DNA from: a virus
Length of the DNA stretch: 64,000 nucleotides
Virus record (IMG/VR): IMGVR_UViG_3300012948_000003
Span: 32,001-96,000 of that record
Reading direction: 5' to 3' (one strand)
A model generated the notes under the pieces. That model did no database searches, had not been told where the DNA came from, and saw only the letters and a program-made list of their open reading frames with translations. The translations under genes were made by a program, and so were the position numbers. The number at the start of each line of letters is the position of its first letter. Within the stretch, counting starts at the first letter, position 1. Positions 9,288-20,013 of the stretch are shown one piece after another.

Positions 9288-10958
9288 TTATTGTTGAACT
9301 GGCACAGGCACGAGCTGTCCATTTGCTCCGGGCCTGAAGACCACTACAAGCGTCTTCCCCGTGTTAGGATCACGGTAGAGGTGAGGCTGTCCATCACCCG
9401 CATTCTGGCGCGTTGCTGGCGTTGGTTGAGCTGCGCCTTGAGGTGCGCCTTGCGCTCCGCCTTTCGGTGGAGTTGGTGCGGCTTTTTGTAATTCGTTTAA
9501 TTTAGCGGCTCGATCCGCTTTCTGTCTCGCAATCTCGGCTTGAATCCTCCCTTCTAACTCTTGCTCCTGCTGCTCCTTTGTCGGACCGCCAGTCTTCGAT
9601 TTATCGCGGAATCCTAGCAGCGGAGGCTTCAAGTCTTTTCGATCTCGGACCTGTTTCTCAATCTTCGCATCGGAGTTCGCTTCATTAAAAGCCGCCACTC
9701 TATTCTGATGCGCTATCTGCGCGTCATGGTATCGTTGCTGCTCCGCAAGACTCGCCCCGGCACGTTGAGCCTTTCCTGCCTCAGCTGCCGCAGCGCGTTG
9801 TGTTTTTCCTGCTTCAACCGTTTTCTGAGCCGAGACAAGCGGTTTACCTTCATCGTCGGTTGCTAGTTCGCCCGATGTCACATCTCTAAAGTTGAAGTTT
9901 TCATCAACCTTAATAGCGCCGTTTATGAACTTCCGGCGAAGCCTACCCGGAATACCTAATTGAGCTGCGGCATACTCCAGCTGTTCCGGAGTAGTTAGCA
10001 TCCCGGCATTGTAGTCCGCTCTGATCGAATGCTTTCGATCTCTTTCATTCATCTGATCCCAGCGAGCGATCCTTGCTTTAGTCTGTTCTTCCGTTATATC
10101 GACCTTTCTCTCTGCGAGTCGCTGTTGCTGTTGCTTCAACAATTCGTAGTATTGCTGCTGTTCGGTCTTCGGAGTCATCAGACCTGTTATCGGATCGACT
10201 CCGGTCAGTTGTGCTATGTGCGCAGCGTTAGCAAGACGAGCATTTCTTATCTGCTGCTCCGCTGCTGCTGGTCCTGCGTGGTACTGAGCTTGCTGATTAT
10301 ACCAAGCTCTCGTGGTCATATTCGGATCGACAGCTCCGAGAATAGCGCCACCAATATTACCGAGCGCAAGACCCTTCAACGCTCCCATCAAGTGACCCTT
10401 AAAACCATGTACTGGTTCTGGCGTATGCGAGATCGCATCTAGATAGCGCTGCGTTAACGGACCCACTCCGGTAGCCTGTCGGACAGCTGCAAGCTGAGCA
10501 AGAGTCTCTGGCGGTAACGGTGAACCCCACGGCGTAGTCTGCCTGCCCATTAGACCATACTGAAGACGTGCTCGCGCTAAATCGTTCTCGTCATGAATTC
10601 CATAAGCACCGTAATCAAGCGGTGCTGGAGGAGTTCCGATATCAGGCATGGGAACAGTAGTAGGCATACCAGTAGGAGCGCCACCGATATTCATAGCAGC
10701 AGGGAATGCTGGCAGAGCTGGAGGACCTGCTTCGCCCGATGCTGCTTTAGCTCGCATTCCTACTTCTTCAGGCGATAGGGCTCCGCTAGCCAGCGCAGCT
10801 TTAACCCCCATCCCCACTTCTGGCGCTGCTGGCGCTGGAGCTATTGCTCGTTGATCGGGCTCTGGTTCTGGCGTATAGGTTGCCGCAAGGTCAGCGCCCG
10901 GCTCGTAGGCTTGCGCTAGCGCAGCCAGTGTGTATGGATTTAAGGTAGGAGGTGTCAT
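9288..10958 (-). CDS. Probable internal virion/ejection protein
   Basis: 556 aa, A/Q/P-rich with coiled-coil stretches, directly upstream of the giant protein. Confidence 0.55.
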   Translation of the reverse strand: MTPPTLNPYTLAALAQAYEPGADLAATYTPEPEPDQRAIAPAPAAPEVGMGVKAALASGALSPEEVGMRAKAASGEAGPPALPAFPAAMNIGGAPTGMPTTVPMPDIGTPPAPLDYGAYGIHDENDLARARLQYGLMGRQTTPWGSPLPPETLAQLAAVRQATGVGPLTQRYLDAISHTPEPVHGFKGHLMGALKGLALGNIGGAILGAVDPNMTTRAWYNQQAQYHAGPAAAEQQIRNARLANAAHIAQLTGVDPITGLMTPKTEQQQYYELLKQQQQRLAERKVDITEEQTKARIARWDQMNERDRKHSIRADYNAGMLTTPEQLEYAAAQLGIPGRLRRKFINGAIKVDENFNFRDVTSGELATDDEGKPLVSAQKTVEAGKTQRAAAAEAGKAQRAGASLAEQQRYHDAQIAHQNRVAAFNEANSDAKIEKQVRDRKDLKPPLLGFRDKSKTGGPTKEQQEQELEGRIQAEIARQKADRAAKLNELQKAAPTPPKGGAQGAPQGAAQPTPATRQNAGDGQPHLYRDPNTGKTLVVVFRPGANGQLVPVPVQQ

Positions 10959-10959
10959 C

Positions 10960-13293
10960 TTACACTCCTTGCGGTCGTGTATAGTAATCCGGAATGGTGA
11001 ATCCGAATTCCTTCGCCCGTTCCTGTAAGAGCGTTAGGTCCTGCTTCATGTTTTCGGTATCGTAAGCTAAGCGGTAGACGTCATCCATGTCTTTGTCTTG
11101 AAAACCGGACTGCACAGGATGATCGTGATAGACCACTGCGTCCTCAGCCCAAATGTATCTGCTGATCATCTTGCAGCGTTCTGTCAGTTCGTTGTCACAT
11201 CCGAGATGCTTGTAGCCAGTATGAAAGAACTCACCACCTAGCATCGGCAGGAGCTTCTTTGATGCAAGCCAGTGCGTTGCAAATTCTCCGTGCCAGTACT
11301 TGTCGTTCAATCCAACTAGTCCATCCATATCAGGGAAGTTCTTAATCATCGCCTTCAGTGCATTCAGTAAGAAGTTCGGTCGCGGAACGCAGTCATTACC
11401 GAGAAACATCACAAGGCTTCCCGTGGAACGATCAACGCCGCGCTTGAGCATCTTCGGTGCGCCTTGACGATCTTCGAAGGAATCATTCTCCACTAAGACT
11501 TCGTAATTTGGGTAGCCTGCGTGAGTATCGATCAGTTTCGCGAGACGCTTGAGTTTCTCTGGACGTCCGAGCGTAGGGATTACGATTGATATCTTCGGAC
11601 CGCATACACAGACGAGATACTGGAATTCGTTCATCACCCGTCTGATTCTATCTGATTGCTGACAGAAGAATACCGGGTCCTCCCAGTATTGCTTTATTAG
11701 ATTCTTTGCTTCTTGTTCTGTGTAAACAACGTGATGAAACTCGGACGGCATATTCAACGGGATTGATGCAATAAACAGCTTCGAGTTCCTTGATGCCCAA
11801 ATAAGAAAAGGTCTCGGATCATGTAGGTGTTCGATTGTTTCAAAACTGACGACCGCATCAACCTGACAACTGTCCGGGAGACCCTGTTCGAGATCGGCAA
11901 TCCAGTAGCCGGGACCATACTTTTCCTCGGCAACCTTAATCGCTACAGGCTCTATATCGCATCCTTGATATTCGCTCGCAGCCAGAATCGTCTTTCCGTA
12001 GCCATCACCAGAAGCCGCATCAAGCACCTTTAACCCCGAGGTGAACGACGCGGCAAAGTTATATCGTGCAAGATGCTCAGTCTCGACATCTTCAAGAGGT
12101 GTCTTGCCCGGAATATAGCGCTCACCAGTCCATTCCAGCTCGGTCGGATAGAACCACTTCTTTTCAGAGAGATACTTCGGATTGTTCGGCTGATAAGCAA
12201 GCGCTTGATCGTAATGGAGCTTTGCGCCTTCCTTATCTCCGAGACGCCAGAGCGCCCAGTACAACATCTCGTGCGGGATGTGTTGGTAGTGCGCGAGATT
12301 GTTCGCATAGAACCCGTGCCACTTTACTGTTAATGCGGCTGAGGCGTATGCCGCTGTCTTTTGAAAGTCGTCTTTTCTCCACCAGTACTCCGCCAGCCTG
12401 ATAAGAGGCTCACGCCGGGTCCCGTCAGTATCGAAAGCACGGTGATACCAAACAAGCGCTTCCTTCTCTCGTTCCAACATTATCAGCGCGTCACCGATGT
12501 AGATCATGCTCTGCGCTTGTTCCGGGACCCAGCGATTCATTGCAATGTGTCGTGAGAATTCCTTGATCGCTGAGAGTGGTCGCTTGCTCCAAAGTAGCTC
12601 GCGAGCAAAGTAATGACTATTACGGTCCTTCTCTGGATTCAAATGACAATCAAGCGCGAGCCCGGCGAGATATCGTCCCCTACGCTCAGAGGGTTCCTGA
12701 AAGTGCTCTAAGAGAACCTCGTTCGTCGGCAAGAATGCAGTCTTTCCTTCGCCAGCTAGAACTTCATGCACGATCCCGGCCCAGTGAAACTTTCGGCGAT
12801 CATAGCACTTTGAGTGAGTAAATCTTATCGCTGGATTACCATACTGATCATGCGAGAATATGAAGTCGTACTCCAGACGCTCAGCGCCTTCCTTGAAGGC
12901 TTTTACTATTGGTAATAGATGAAAGTTAGTGAATGCTTCATCGCAGTCTGGCATCCAGACGATATCATTCGATGCCAATCCTGCCGCATAGTTACGCGCA
13001 GCTGAATAATCGAAGAGCTGAGTTCCTTCGTGTACTATTTCTTCTTCTGGCTCAACTATGCACGTCTGATTAATAGATGCAGCGAGATCGGCATCTATCG
13101 TTGTAATAAACTTCTCGCCAACTTCGTCAACAACGCAACCCAGCCCGGTCGCTACTGCAACAGTATCGTCGGTGGACCCGGTATCCACCAGAACTACCTC
13201 TCCGCCTAAGACGCGGAATTCCTCCAGCGATGCTAGTAATCGCGGGAGCGTCTGTGATTCATTCCGGGCAATAAGAACTATCGAGAAATTCAT
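10960..13293 (-). CDS. Multidomain glycosyltransferase: GT2 + TPR + SAM methyltransferase + GT2
   Basis: LIARNE..VDTGSTD..ARN..PDCDE..VHE (GT2/TPR type); HLARY..VLDAASGDGYG..SFETIEH (methyltransferase); IVIPTLGR..FLGNDC..CDNEL (second GT2). Confidence 0.88.
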   Translation of the reverse strand: MNFSIVLIARNESQTLPRLLASLEEFRVLGGEVVLVDTGSTDDTVAVATGLGCVVDEVGEKFITTIDADLAASINQTCIVEPEEEIVHEGTQLFDYSAARNYAAGLASNDIVWMPDCDEAFTNFHLLPIVKAFKEGAERLEYDFIFSHDQYGNPAIRFTHSKCYDRRKFHWAGIVHEVLAGEGKTAFLPTNEVLLEHFQEPSERRGRYLAGLALDCHLNPEKDRNSHYFARELLWSKRPLSAIKEFSRHIAMNRWVPEQAQSMIYIGDALIMLEREKEALVWYHRAFDTDGTRREPLIRLAEYWWRKDDFQKTAAYASAALTVKWHGFYANNLAHYQHIPHEMLYWALWRLGDKEGAKLHYDQALAYQPNNPKYLSEKKWFYPTELEWTGERYIPGKTPLEDVETEHLARYNFAASFTSGLKVLDAASGDGYGKTILAASEYQGCDIEPVAIKVAEEKYGPGYWIADLEQGLPDSCQVDAVVSFETIEHLHDPRPFLIWASRNSKLFIASIPLNMPSEFHHVVYTEQEAKNLIKQYWEDPVFFCQQSDRIRRVMNEFQYLVCVCGPKISIVIPTLGRPEKLKRLAKLIDTHAGYPNYEVLVENDSFEDRQGAPKMLKRGVDRSTGSLVMFLGNDCVPRPNFLLNALKAMIKNFPDMDGLVGLNDKYWHGEFATHWLASKKLLPMLGGEFFHTGYKHLGCDNELTERCKMISRYIWAEDAVVYHDHPVQSGFQDKDMDDVYRLAYDTENMKQDLTLLQERAKEFGFTIPDYYTRPQGV

Positions 13294-13294
13294 A

Positions 13295-15232
13295 TTACGC
13301 TTGCAACTTAACGATAAGTGCTCTTCTAGTCGAAGAAGTAAACGTACCTAAAGTGGAAGGCAAGGCACCGCCGCTGATATTGTTTGAGGTTGTAAATTTT
13401 ACGGGGACCGACCCTTGAGCAACATTCATGTACGACGTATTCTCGGTAAAGAAATTCACCGCTACCACAGCGGTGTCGTCGCAGGCAACGGCTTGAATGT
13501 ACCATCCGGGCTCAAGGGTCACGTCCGCGCCGAGCGTAGTGGTCTTCACTGCGACAGCTCCGGTACCTACGTCGATTTGTCCACTATTAATAAGCAGGCT
13601 TGTTCCGTCATGGTTGTATATGCCAATGTACGCCTTCTTTCCGGCAGACGCCTGCTGCAACCAGAAACATAATTGATGCACAACCAGCTTTAAAGGTAAC
13701 CAAAATCTGACAGCTGTTATATTATTCGCCGATTCAAACTGCGTCTGAGTTACTGCCGCAGTATCACCTATTTCTAGTGCTGGTATAAACCACGACTCTG
13801 ACGAGTTAGATGCATTCGTGCCAGTCGCCCCAGTATAACCCGTGTAACCCGTGTATCCGGTCGCACCTCCAGCACCTCCGGAGCCAGCAGGCCCAGTATA
13901 TCCGGTATATCCGGTATATCCCGTATATCCTGTGTATCCGGTTGGTCCGGTATAGCCCGTGTAACCCGTATAGCCTGTAAAGCCACTATTCGGTCCAGTG
14001 TACCCGGTATAGCCTGTTGCTCCGGTGTTTGTTGCTACCCCGGAAGGACCAGTGTAGCCAGTGTAGCCCGTTGGTCCAGTGTAACCCGTATAGCCTGTGT
14101 ACCCCGTGTACCCAGTCGCCCCGGTGTTTGTTGCCGAACCCGCAGTGCCTGTGTATCCAGTATAACCAGTGTAGCCTGTGTAGCCAGTTGCACCTGTATT
14201 CGTCGCGGAACCAGCAGTGCCAGTATACCCTGTATATCCGCTGTACCCGGTTGGACCCGTGTACCCGGTTGGACCCGTGTAGCCAGTGTACCCGGTCGGT
14301 CCGGTGTAGCCAGTTGCTCCAGTGTATACTGCTGTGCCCGGAACTCCGGTGTAACCAGTATAACCTGTCGGTCCGGTTCGACCAGTGAAGCCAGTATAAC
14401 CAGTATAGCCTGTATATCCGCTAGGCCCGGTGTAACCAGTGTATCCCGTGTACCCAGTCGGTCCAGTGACAGTAGACGCAGCTCCACCTGCGCCTGTGTA
14501 ACCCGTATAGCCCGTGTATCCGGTATAACCCGTCCTGCCAGTGTAGCCCGTGTACCCTGTGTAACCAGTGTAACCGGACGGACCCGTGTAACCAGTCGTT
14601 CCAGTATAACCAGTCGGACCAGTTACCGTCGAAGCAGCTCCACCCGGCCCAGTGGGACCTGTCGGTCCAGTTACGGTAGATGCAGAACCTGTCGGTCCAG
14701 TGTAACCAGTAGGACCCGCAGGTCCTGTAGCGCCGAGACTTACAGCTGCTATTTTAGCATCAATTTGCGTTTTTGTATAGGTAGCAAGGTCTAAGTTAAC
14801 AGCTACAGCGACTGTATAAATACTTAAGTCCGCCCATGTCGCGCAGGTCCCCGCTGGAGCGCAGGAAGTAGTGCTGATGATTACTGGCGGGACCTCGATG
14901 TCCTGCATCCCGGCAACTACACCGATAAGAGCACCGCTATCTCTGTACCAGTAGAAAGTGTATGTTGCTAACTGAGTGATGGCGGTAGCATCCGTAGTTG
15001 ACTTAAGCGTGAACGCAGGAACCGTTACAGTACTGACGCCATCGAATGTACAAGGGATATCGAGATAGTATTGTCCGTTCTCAGGAGACCCACCCGGAAC
15101 ATAAACTGGCGAAGCATCGCTCGTCAGGAAAGACGTAGAAGCAAACACGCGAAGGCGTGGTGGCGCAGCAGCCGTCACACCAACTGCGTGAAAGTCCAAA
15201 ACAGTTTGAGCCTGTACGTGGATGTCAGCCAT
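13295..15232 (-). CDS. Collagen-like (G-Y-T/G-P-T) fibre/spike protein
   Basis: ~300 aa of Gly-X-Thr triplets between globular ends; N-domain paralogous to 33978-37046. Confidence 0.85.
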   Translation of the reverse strand: MADIHVQAQTVLDFHAVGVTAAAPPRLRVFASTSFLTSDASPVYVPGGSPENGQYYLDIPCTFDGVSTVTVPAFTLKSTTDATAITQLATYTFYWYRDSGALIGVVAGMQDIEVPPVIISTTSCAPAGTCATWADLSIYTVAVAVNLDLATYTKTQIDAKIAAVSLGATGPAGPTGYTGPTGSASTVTGPTGPTGPGGAASTVTGPTGYTGTTGYTGPSGYTGYTGYTGYTGRTGYTGYTGYTGYTGAGGAASTVTGPTGYTGYTGYTGPSGYTGYTGYTGFTGRTGPTGYTGYTGVPGTAVYTGATGYTGPTGYTGYTGPTGYTGPTGYSGYTGYTGTAGSATNTGATGYTGYTGYTGYTGTAGSATNTGATGYTGYTGYTGYTGPTGYTGYTGPSGVATNTGATGYTGYTGPNSGFTGYTGYTGYTGPTGYTGYTGYTGYTGYTGPAGSGGAGGATGYTGYTGYTGATGTNASNSSESWFIPALEIGDTAAVTQTQFESANNITAVRFWLPLKLVVHQLCFWLQQASAGKKAYIGIYNHDGTSLLINSGQIDVGTGAVAVKTTTLGADVTLEPGWYIQAVACDDTAVVAVNFFTENTSYMNVAQGSVPVKFTTSNNISGGALPSTLGTFTSSTRRALIVKLQA

Positions 15233-15249
15233 TTTCTTTTAAAAGAAAA
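15232..15249. repeat. Palindrome copy 3 (fills the TGA-ATG gap)
   Basis: 18-bp form. Confidence 0.95.
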
Positions 15250-15594
15250 TCAAGAGCTTCGATATGCGACTACCTTCTGAAGGAATGCACGGGCTCGCAT
15301 GATCTCAGCATCGAAATCATTCCCGTTAACGACTGGCGCATAGATATGGTGACACATGAATCCACCGAGAGAGTAACTCTGCAAAGTACATGTGCTGGTG
15401 TCGCTAGGAATATCGCAAACGAAGATCACATTCCGGGAGAAACCGGGAATACCGAGTTCGACCGCATCGAGTTCAAGAGGCTCTAGTGCATCTACATCTG
15501 TTTCGTCGCCACTGAGAGATAAAATATTCACGTTCGCCGACGTTCCCGTCACGAACATATACGCACTTGCTGTAACGTGATCATAGCCTGCCAT
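15250..15594 (-). CDS. Hypothetical tail-region protein
   Basis: 114-aa ORF tightly packed in operon. Confidence 0.55.
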   Translation of the reverse strand: MAGYDHVTASAYMFVTGTSANVNILSLSGDETDVDALEPLELDAVELGIPGFSRNVIFVCDIPSDTSTCTLQSYSLGGFMCHHIYAPVVNGNDFDAEIMRARAFLQKVVAYRSS

Positions 15595-16625
15595 TAGTAT
15601 GCCGCTGCTAACTGTGGGTTAGTAATGTCGTCAATCGTTACGAAGTACACATTGTCACCCGCAGCAATTGCCAGAGTTGTGTTAATCAGTTCGAGATCGG
15701 TCGGTGGATTATCCAACACAAGTTGAGCAACTAAGGACGGCGAAGTAGGAGTCCCGACATTGTAAATCTTTAATTTCGAGTTTGCCTGATCGGCAATAAA
15801 TAAATACGAACCCACTACGCGACAGGCAGCATACTGACTCTCAACGACCGGAGGCGGAGGCGTGACCATAAACGCTGTGACGGACTTATCCGAGTCCATC
15901 GTCAGCGATTGGGGATTAGTCGAACCTCCTAAGTCTCCTTCCCAATGATCAAAGTCATACGGACCTCCGGGAACTGCCGTTACTTCAACTACCGTGTCGG
16001 GAACATACGATCCACCCGGAGGAGAAAGTGTCACTGAACCGGAGCCTAACGGATCAACTCCGGTAGCTAAGTTATAAGCCGTCGTTGAAGTAAAGTACGC
16101 TGTAACGGCTTTAGGTGCGTCCACCAGCAGCGTCTGAGGATTAGTTGTGCCAGTTAAATCTCCGTCCCAGTGATCAAACGTATATCCCGGCGCAGGCGTA
16201 GCTGTTATTACGACATTAGTACCATCATCCGAAAAAGGCGGCGATACGCTGGAGATAGCTCCATAAAAGTGATTAGCACCACAGGTTCCTAGAGGAGAAA
16301 AGGCAATCGACCCTCCACCTACGGGAGCTACCGTTTTTGTAACCTCTACGCATTCTCTAAAATAAGCATAAATAGTGATTACTCTTTCAGTGTCAGGATT
16401 GGGAGGACTCGTAAAAAAGGATACAGGATTACTATTGTCCTCGTAATAACCAGTCCCGCTAAAAATCGGATCATTAATTAAACAAGTTGTAAACACCCAC
16501 CCGCTTGCGGCGATATAGGACTCGGAGACCCCATCTGTGTCTAGTACCGTTTGATCGCCGGGACTAGCTGACCCTGATCCGACTATGTGGACGGTTACAT
16601 AAAAATTTCTACCGAGATCAGACAT
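15594..16625 (-). CDS. Tail-associated protein with InlB B-repeat-like domains and an LVIVD-like repeat
   Basis: Two repeats TA(T/V)P..GY.FDHW.GDL.G.TNPQ.L..D..K.VTA.F; YLFIAD..LKIYNV. Confidence 0.7.
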   Translation of the reverse strand: MSDLGRNFYVTVHIVGSGSASPGDQTVLDTDGVSESYIAASGWVFTTCLINDPIFSGTGYYEDNSNPVSFFTSPPNPDTERVITIYAYFRECVEVTKTVAPVGGGSIAFSPLGTCGANHFYGAISSVSPPFSDDGTNVVITATPAPGYTFDHWDGDLTGTTNPQTLLVDAPKAVTAYFTSTTAYNLATGVDPLGSGSVTLSPPGGSYVPDTVVEVTAVPGGPYDFDHWEGDLGGSTNPQSLTMDSDKSVTAFMVTPPPPVVESQYAACRVVGSYLFIADQANSKLKIYNVGTPTSPSLVAQLVLDNPPTDLELINTTLAIAAGDNVYFVTIDDITNPQLAAAY

Positions 16626-16634
16626 CGCGCTTCC

Positions 16635-17258
16635 TTACGGATATACCTGTACCATCGCTGAAGGATCACTTACATTAACAATCGCTATCTTGCCGCTGCT
16701 ACTACCGCCGACTACGTAAACATAGACTCCTTGCGCATCGAGCCCACTTGCCACGAATCCTACGTCGAGCTGTTGAAGCGATTGCGGATTCCACGGATCA
16801 AATACAGAGAGTGAGATTAGGTTCTGTCCGACATCACCGTCATTGCAACCGAAGATATAAGGACCATGCAATATAAATCGACGTATAGCTTGCGGAAGGA
16901 TCAGTTCACTAAGCAGACTGAAATTTCCGTCACCCTTCACCCTGTATATCTTCAGCGCTGCCTGTCCACTGTCTAGCCCCGCAACATACACGAACTCGTT
17001 CATAGCGCGAGTCGTGTAGCATTCCGTCATTTCCGTATCAATAGTAGCGATTGCCGATAAAGCATCGGATACAGGTACGCAGGTATCGCCGCTGTCGCCC
17101 GGCGGTTCTCCTCCTGTTCCGGGCTTGATCTTCGTTACGTTCGTTATGTCCTGTTGGGTGAGCTTCAGATCACTCAGTGCAGACTCGATCATGTTCTGCA
17201 CTGTCGGATAGTCAATACTGCCGCCTCTGTCGCCAGTCTTAGAACCCTGTCGTCCCAT
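16635..17258 (-). CDS. LVIVD-repeat (beta-propeller-like) protein
   Basis: FVYVAG, YVYVVG..IAIVNVSDPS repeats; start moved to ATG 17258 next to the upstream stop. Confidence 0.65.
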   Translation of the reverse strand: MGRQGSKTGDRGGSIDYPTVQNMIESALSDLKLTQQDITNVTKIKPGTGGEPPGDSGDTCVPVSDALSAIATIDTEMTECYTTRAMNEFVYVAGLDSGQAALKIYRVKGDGNFSLLSELILPQAIRRFILHGPYIFGCNDGDVGQNLISLSVFDPWNPQSLQQLDVGFVASGLDAQGVYVYVVGGSSSGKIAIVNVSDPSAMVQVYP

Positions 17259-17259
17259 T

Positions 17260-18972
17260 TTATACTCGTACTGGATGCACGATTTCTTCGCATTCGACGC
17301 CGTACAGCTCGGTACCTCCTGAATCGGAGCCACTCAGACCTACTGCATAGCTCTTGACGTCAGGGATATTGAGATGATGAAACGTCCCGTGACTGGTACC
17401 TGCTACAAGATTGGAGCCGTAACCACTCGGTGTCGTAATATCAAGATCGGTAAAGATATCGAGTCGGCAACTCGCGCTCACCATTGCACGAGCACCAATG
17501 ACGGTCTTTATGAACGCGGCAAAGTTATCACTCTGGAGCTGACTGACGATTGACCACGTTGTTCCGCTCCCAGTCTCCAGCTGGTAGAGATCGCCACCAG
17601 CATTAGAGAACAGCGCTCGACCGCCAACCGTGTCTGTAACAGCAGTTACAATCGACGCGGGGAAAGTGAACGGCGTATGCCACTGCCGCAGGTACCGACA
17701 ATAACCAATACCAATTGTGCCCTTGACATAGAAAACAGAATCGCTAGCAGGATCATAAACAACAATGCAATTCGAAGCATTGTATCCGTTTGTATCGAAG
17801 AACTTCATTACTGGTTCGGCGAATGCTGTCGCTTCGTCACCCGGATCGCCACCACCAGCAAGACTATCTCGTACGGGACCTCTCGTGCCGACCCATGCGA
17901 AGATTTCAGGACCGACAACGCAGAGTTGATTGGCCGATACCAATCCAGTCGTCGGCCAGATCGGACGAATGTTTAAAGGTGAGATGTCGCTTTGGCTAGC
18001 GGTCACAAGGTTCAGCGATGAAGCAGTCGCGATCAGTACAGCTCCTTCAATACCGCTTCCCTTCACCGCTGTTACTGTGCCGCCACCCGGAACAAACACA
18101 ACAAACCGGGCCGGGAACGACTCGGGCTTATTCGGATACGAAGGTGATAGTCCTGCCCCGCCATAGCAACCAACAGCAACAATGACTGCATTGATAGCGC
18201 AGCAGAATGTACACGGAGGCGGGAGATCATTATCCAACGGCGCAAGATCGCCGAGCATTCCGTCTGTCCATCCAGCGTGAGGATAACCGTCTACTTGAAG
18301 ATTGAATGGAACAACGAGATCGACAAGGTCTACATCCATCAAATGATATAGTGGACCAATCTCACCGAAGCCTTGCTTTGTAGCGTAGATTCCAACTCGG
18401 TCCGTGCCTGTCGGGAACGACGGTAGCGCCGTGATCTGAATAGTATGATAACGAGTGAAGACCGCATTGGACGGCGGACCAACTGAACTCTCGCCACCAG
18501 TAATCGATCTGATAGCAGTGAGCCCAATCGAGTATAGACCTTTGGTGAATGCCTCTTTCGGTGAGGCGAGATTAACTTCTATTGTAGGTGCGCCCGGTGC
18601 AGCCATCCCGGCTTGCACTGCCGACGCGCCAGTCCAGATCGTAATCGTCCCGCCCATCACTGAGCCGACCGATGATCCATCAACGAACGCTTCGCCAGCT
18701 CCCGCGTAGAAGTAGATGCCGTCACCGAACGCCTGTACAATACTTCCGCCACCCGTGAGACCACCCCATGTATCAGCAACGTTCAGTAAAGGATTAACAC
18801 CTCCGCTATTTGCAACAGAGCTGCCAAAGCCTCTAGCACTGACCAGAAGACCCGAGCCGCGATTCCAGACATTTTGACCTCCCAGCAGACACTCCGGGAC
18901 TCCCATGACTTTCGCCGTGGTCGGCCAGTATCCTCGCGGCCATGCGAATCTCGACTGTGAACGTTCAGGCAA
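17260..18972 (-). CDS. Probable tail nozzle/DNA-stabilization protein
   Basis: 570 aa beta-rich protein after adaptor genes, as in podoviral tail gene order. Confidence 0.5.
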   Translation of the reverse strand: MPERSQSRFAWPRGYWPTTAKVMGVPECLLGGQNVWNRGSGLLVSARGFGSSVANSGGVNPLLNVADTWGGLTGGGSIVQAFGDGIYFYAGAGEAFVDGSSVGSVMGGTITIWTGASAVQAGMAAPGAPTIEVNLASPKEAFTKGLYSIGLTAIRSITGGESSVGPPSNAVFTRYHTIQITALPSFPTGTDRVGIYATKQGFGEIGPLYHLMDVDLVDLVVPFNLQVDGYPHAGWTDGMLGDLAPLDNDLPPPCTFCCAINAVIVAVGCYGGAGLSPSYPNKPESFPARFVVFVPGGGTVTAVKGSGIEGAVLIATASSLNLVTASQSDISPLNIRPIWPTTGLVSANQLCVVGPEIFAWVGTRGPVRDSLAGGGDPGDEATAFAEPVMKFFDTNGYNASNCIVVYDPASDSVFYVKGTIGIGYCRYLRQWHTPFTFPASIVTAVTDTVGGRALFSNAGGDLYQLETGSGTTWSIVSQLQSDNFAAFIKTVIGARAMVSASCRLDIFTDLDITTPSGYGSNLVAGTSHGTFHHLNIPDVKSYAVGLSGSDSGGTELYGVECEEIVHPVRV

Positions 18973-19399
18973 CGTTTATATCCTCGTCGGCTGTCGCGTT
19001 AGTGTGTCCGCACATAAAACAGACGTACTGCCAAACTACTTTGCCATAGCGCGGACTCCAGTAACGAAACTGCTTGAGATAGTTTTTACCGCGTTCGAAC
19101 TTTGGTTTTGCGTTCTCGTTTCGGGTGTAATCAGCCCTGTCGATCATGTATTCACAGTTGCATCGCGCTGCGTCGTCTGCCCTCTCTGCGATCATCAACT
19201 TCTTGATCCACTCTTGTTCAGGATCACCTGCAACCTTTAGCGCGTCTTCAAAGCGACCTAGTCTACAGAGCGACTGGACAAGCGTTACTCGCGCATGTGC
19301 TTCCTGTCGTTGCGCAAGCAAGAGCATTGTCTCGTCGCGTGTAAGACCCTTCATTTGAGCCGGGGAATGCGGTTCTTCTACTGGAGTGTAGGTATGCAT
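18965..19399 (-). CDS. Hypothetical protein with CxC/CxxC
   Basis: ORF track; RCNC..CFMCGH; start inferred at MHTYT. Confidence 0.5.
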   Translation of the reverse strand: MHTYTPVEEPHSPAQMKGLTRDETMLLLAQRQEAHARVTLVQSLCRLGRFEDALKVAGDPEQEWIKKLMIAERADDAARCNCEYMIDRADYTRNENAKPKFERGKNYLKQFRYWSPRYGKVVWQYVCFMCGHTNATADEDINVA

Positions 19400-19400
19400 A

Positions 19401-20012
19401 TTAACCTGTCGGCTGAGCAAGAGCTTCGGTTGTCTGAGAAGGCGTTTCCGCTTGTCTTATTACTTCCGCTAGGCTGGATGTTTCTAGCATCATAGCAACG
19501 CCTATATCGATCAAGTTGTCATAGAGCTGACCAGCTACAGTCAGGTTAGCATCAGTGATCTCAGGCGACTGATTAGCGTAGAGCTGCACTGCTGTTTCAG
19601 AGGGAATAGCGCCACCGCTATCCCTGACAATTAGCTTTCTGTTAAACACCGTATAGAAGTAGAAGTCCGAAGTCGGTGGCGGATTCTCTAAGTCGTGCAT
19701 ATTCGGTAGGAACTGAAGCGAGTAAGTTACACTGGTCATTGTTATTCGCCAACGCTGCCGGGCTGATTCGGACAACAGAATAACCGGACTTTGCGAAACG
19801 AGATCGACCTCTCCGCCGACGAGCGTCAGAGACCATTGGTGAAACAGAGTCGGATAGATTCCGTCATCAGCGGCTACGCGATCACCGAGACGCTGCAATG
19901 CCGCATTTAACGTACTCTGGATCGCGACTCGCCAGATTCCGGCAGCAGGCTGCGGTGCGCCCTTCGTTAGCCTGAACCAGACATTGTCAACATACTGTGC
20001 GCTTGTAGCCAT
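19401..20012 (-). CDS. Probable head-tail adaptor/tail tubular protein
   Basis: 203 aa, helical N-terminus (LNAALQRL), beta core, helical C-terminus; position. Confidence 0.5.
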   Translation of the reverse strand: MATSAQYVDNVWFRLTKGAPQPAAGIWRVAIQSTLNAALQRLGDRVAADDGIYPTLFHQWSLTLVGGEVDLVSQSPVILLSESARQRWRITMTSVTYSLQFLPNMHDLENPPPTSDFYFYTVFNRKLIVRDSGGAIPSETAVQLYANQSPEITDANLTVAGQLYDNLIDIGVAMMLETSSLAEVIRQAETPSQTTEALAQPTG

Positions 20013-20013
20013 C

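Noticed and set aside
247-9491. Numerous plus-strand ORFs and minus ORFs 5019-5207, 6198-6401 and 8006-8407
   Set aside because: Shadows of the giant ORF; no RBS noticed, and atypical composition or overlap with conserved domains
13850-14740. 9-nt periodic DNA repeats in collagen genes (also 45240-46390) as non-coding arrays
   Set aside because: Explained by Gly-X-Y coding with third-position variation
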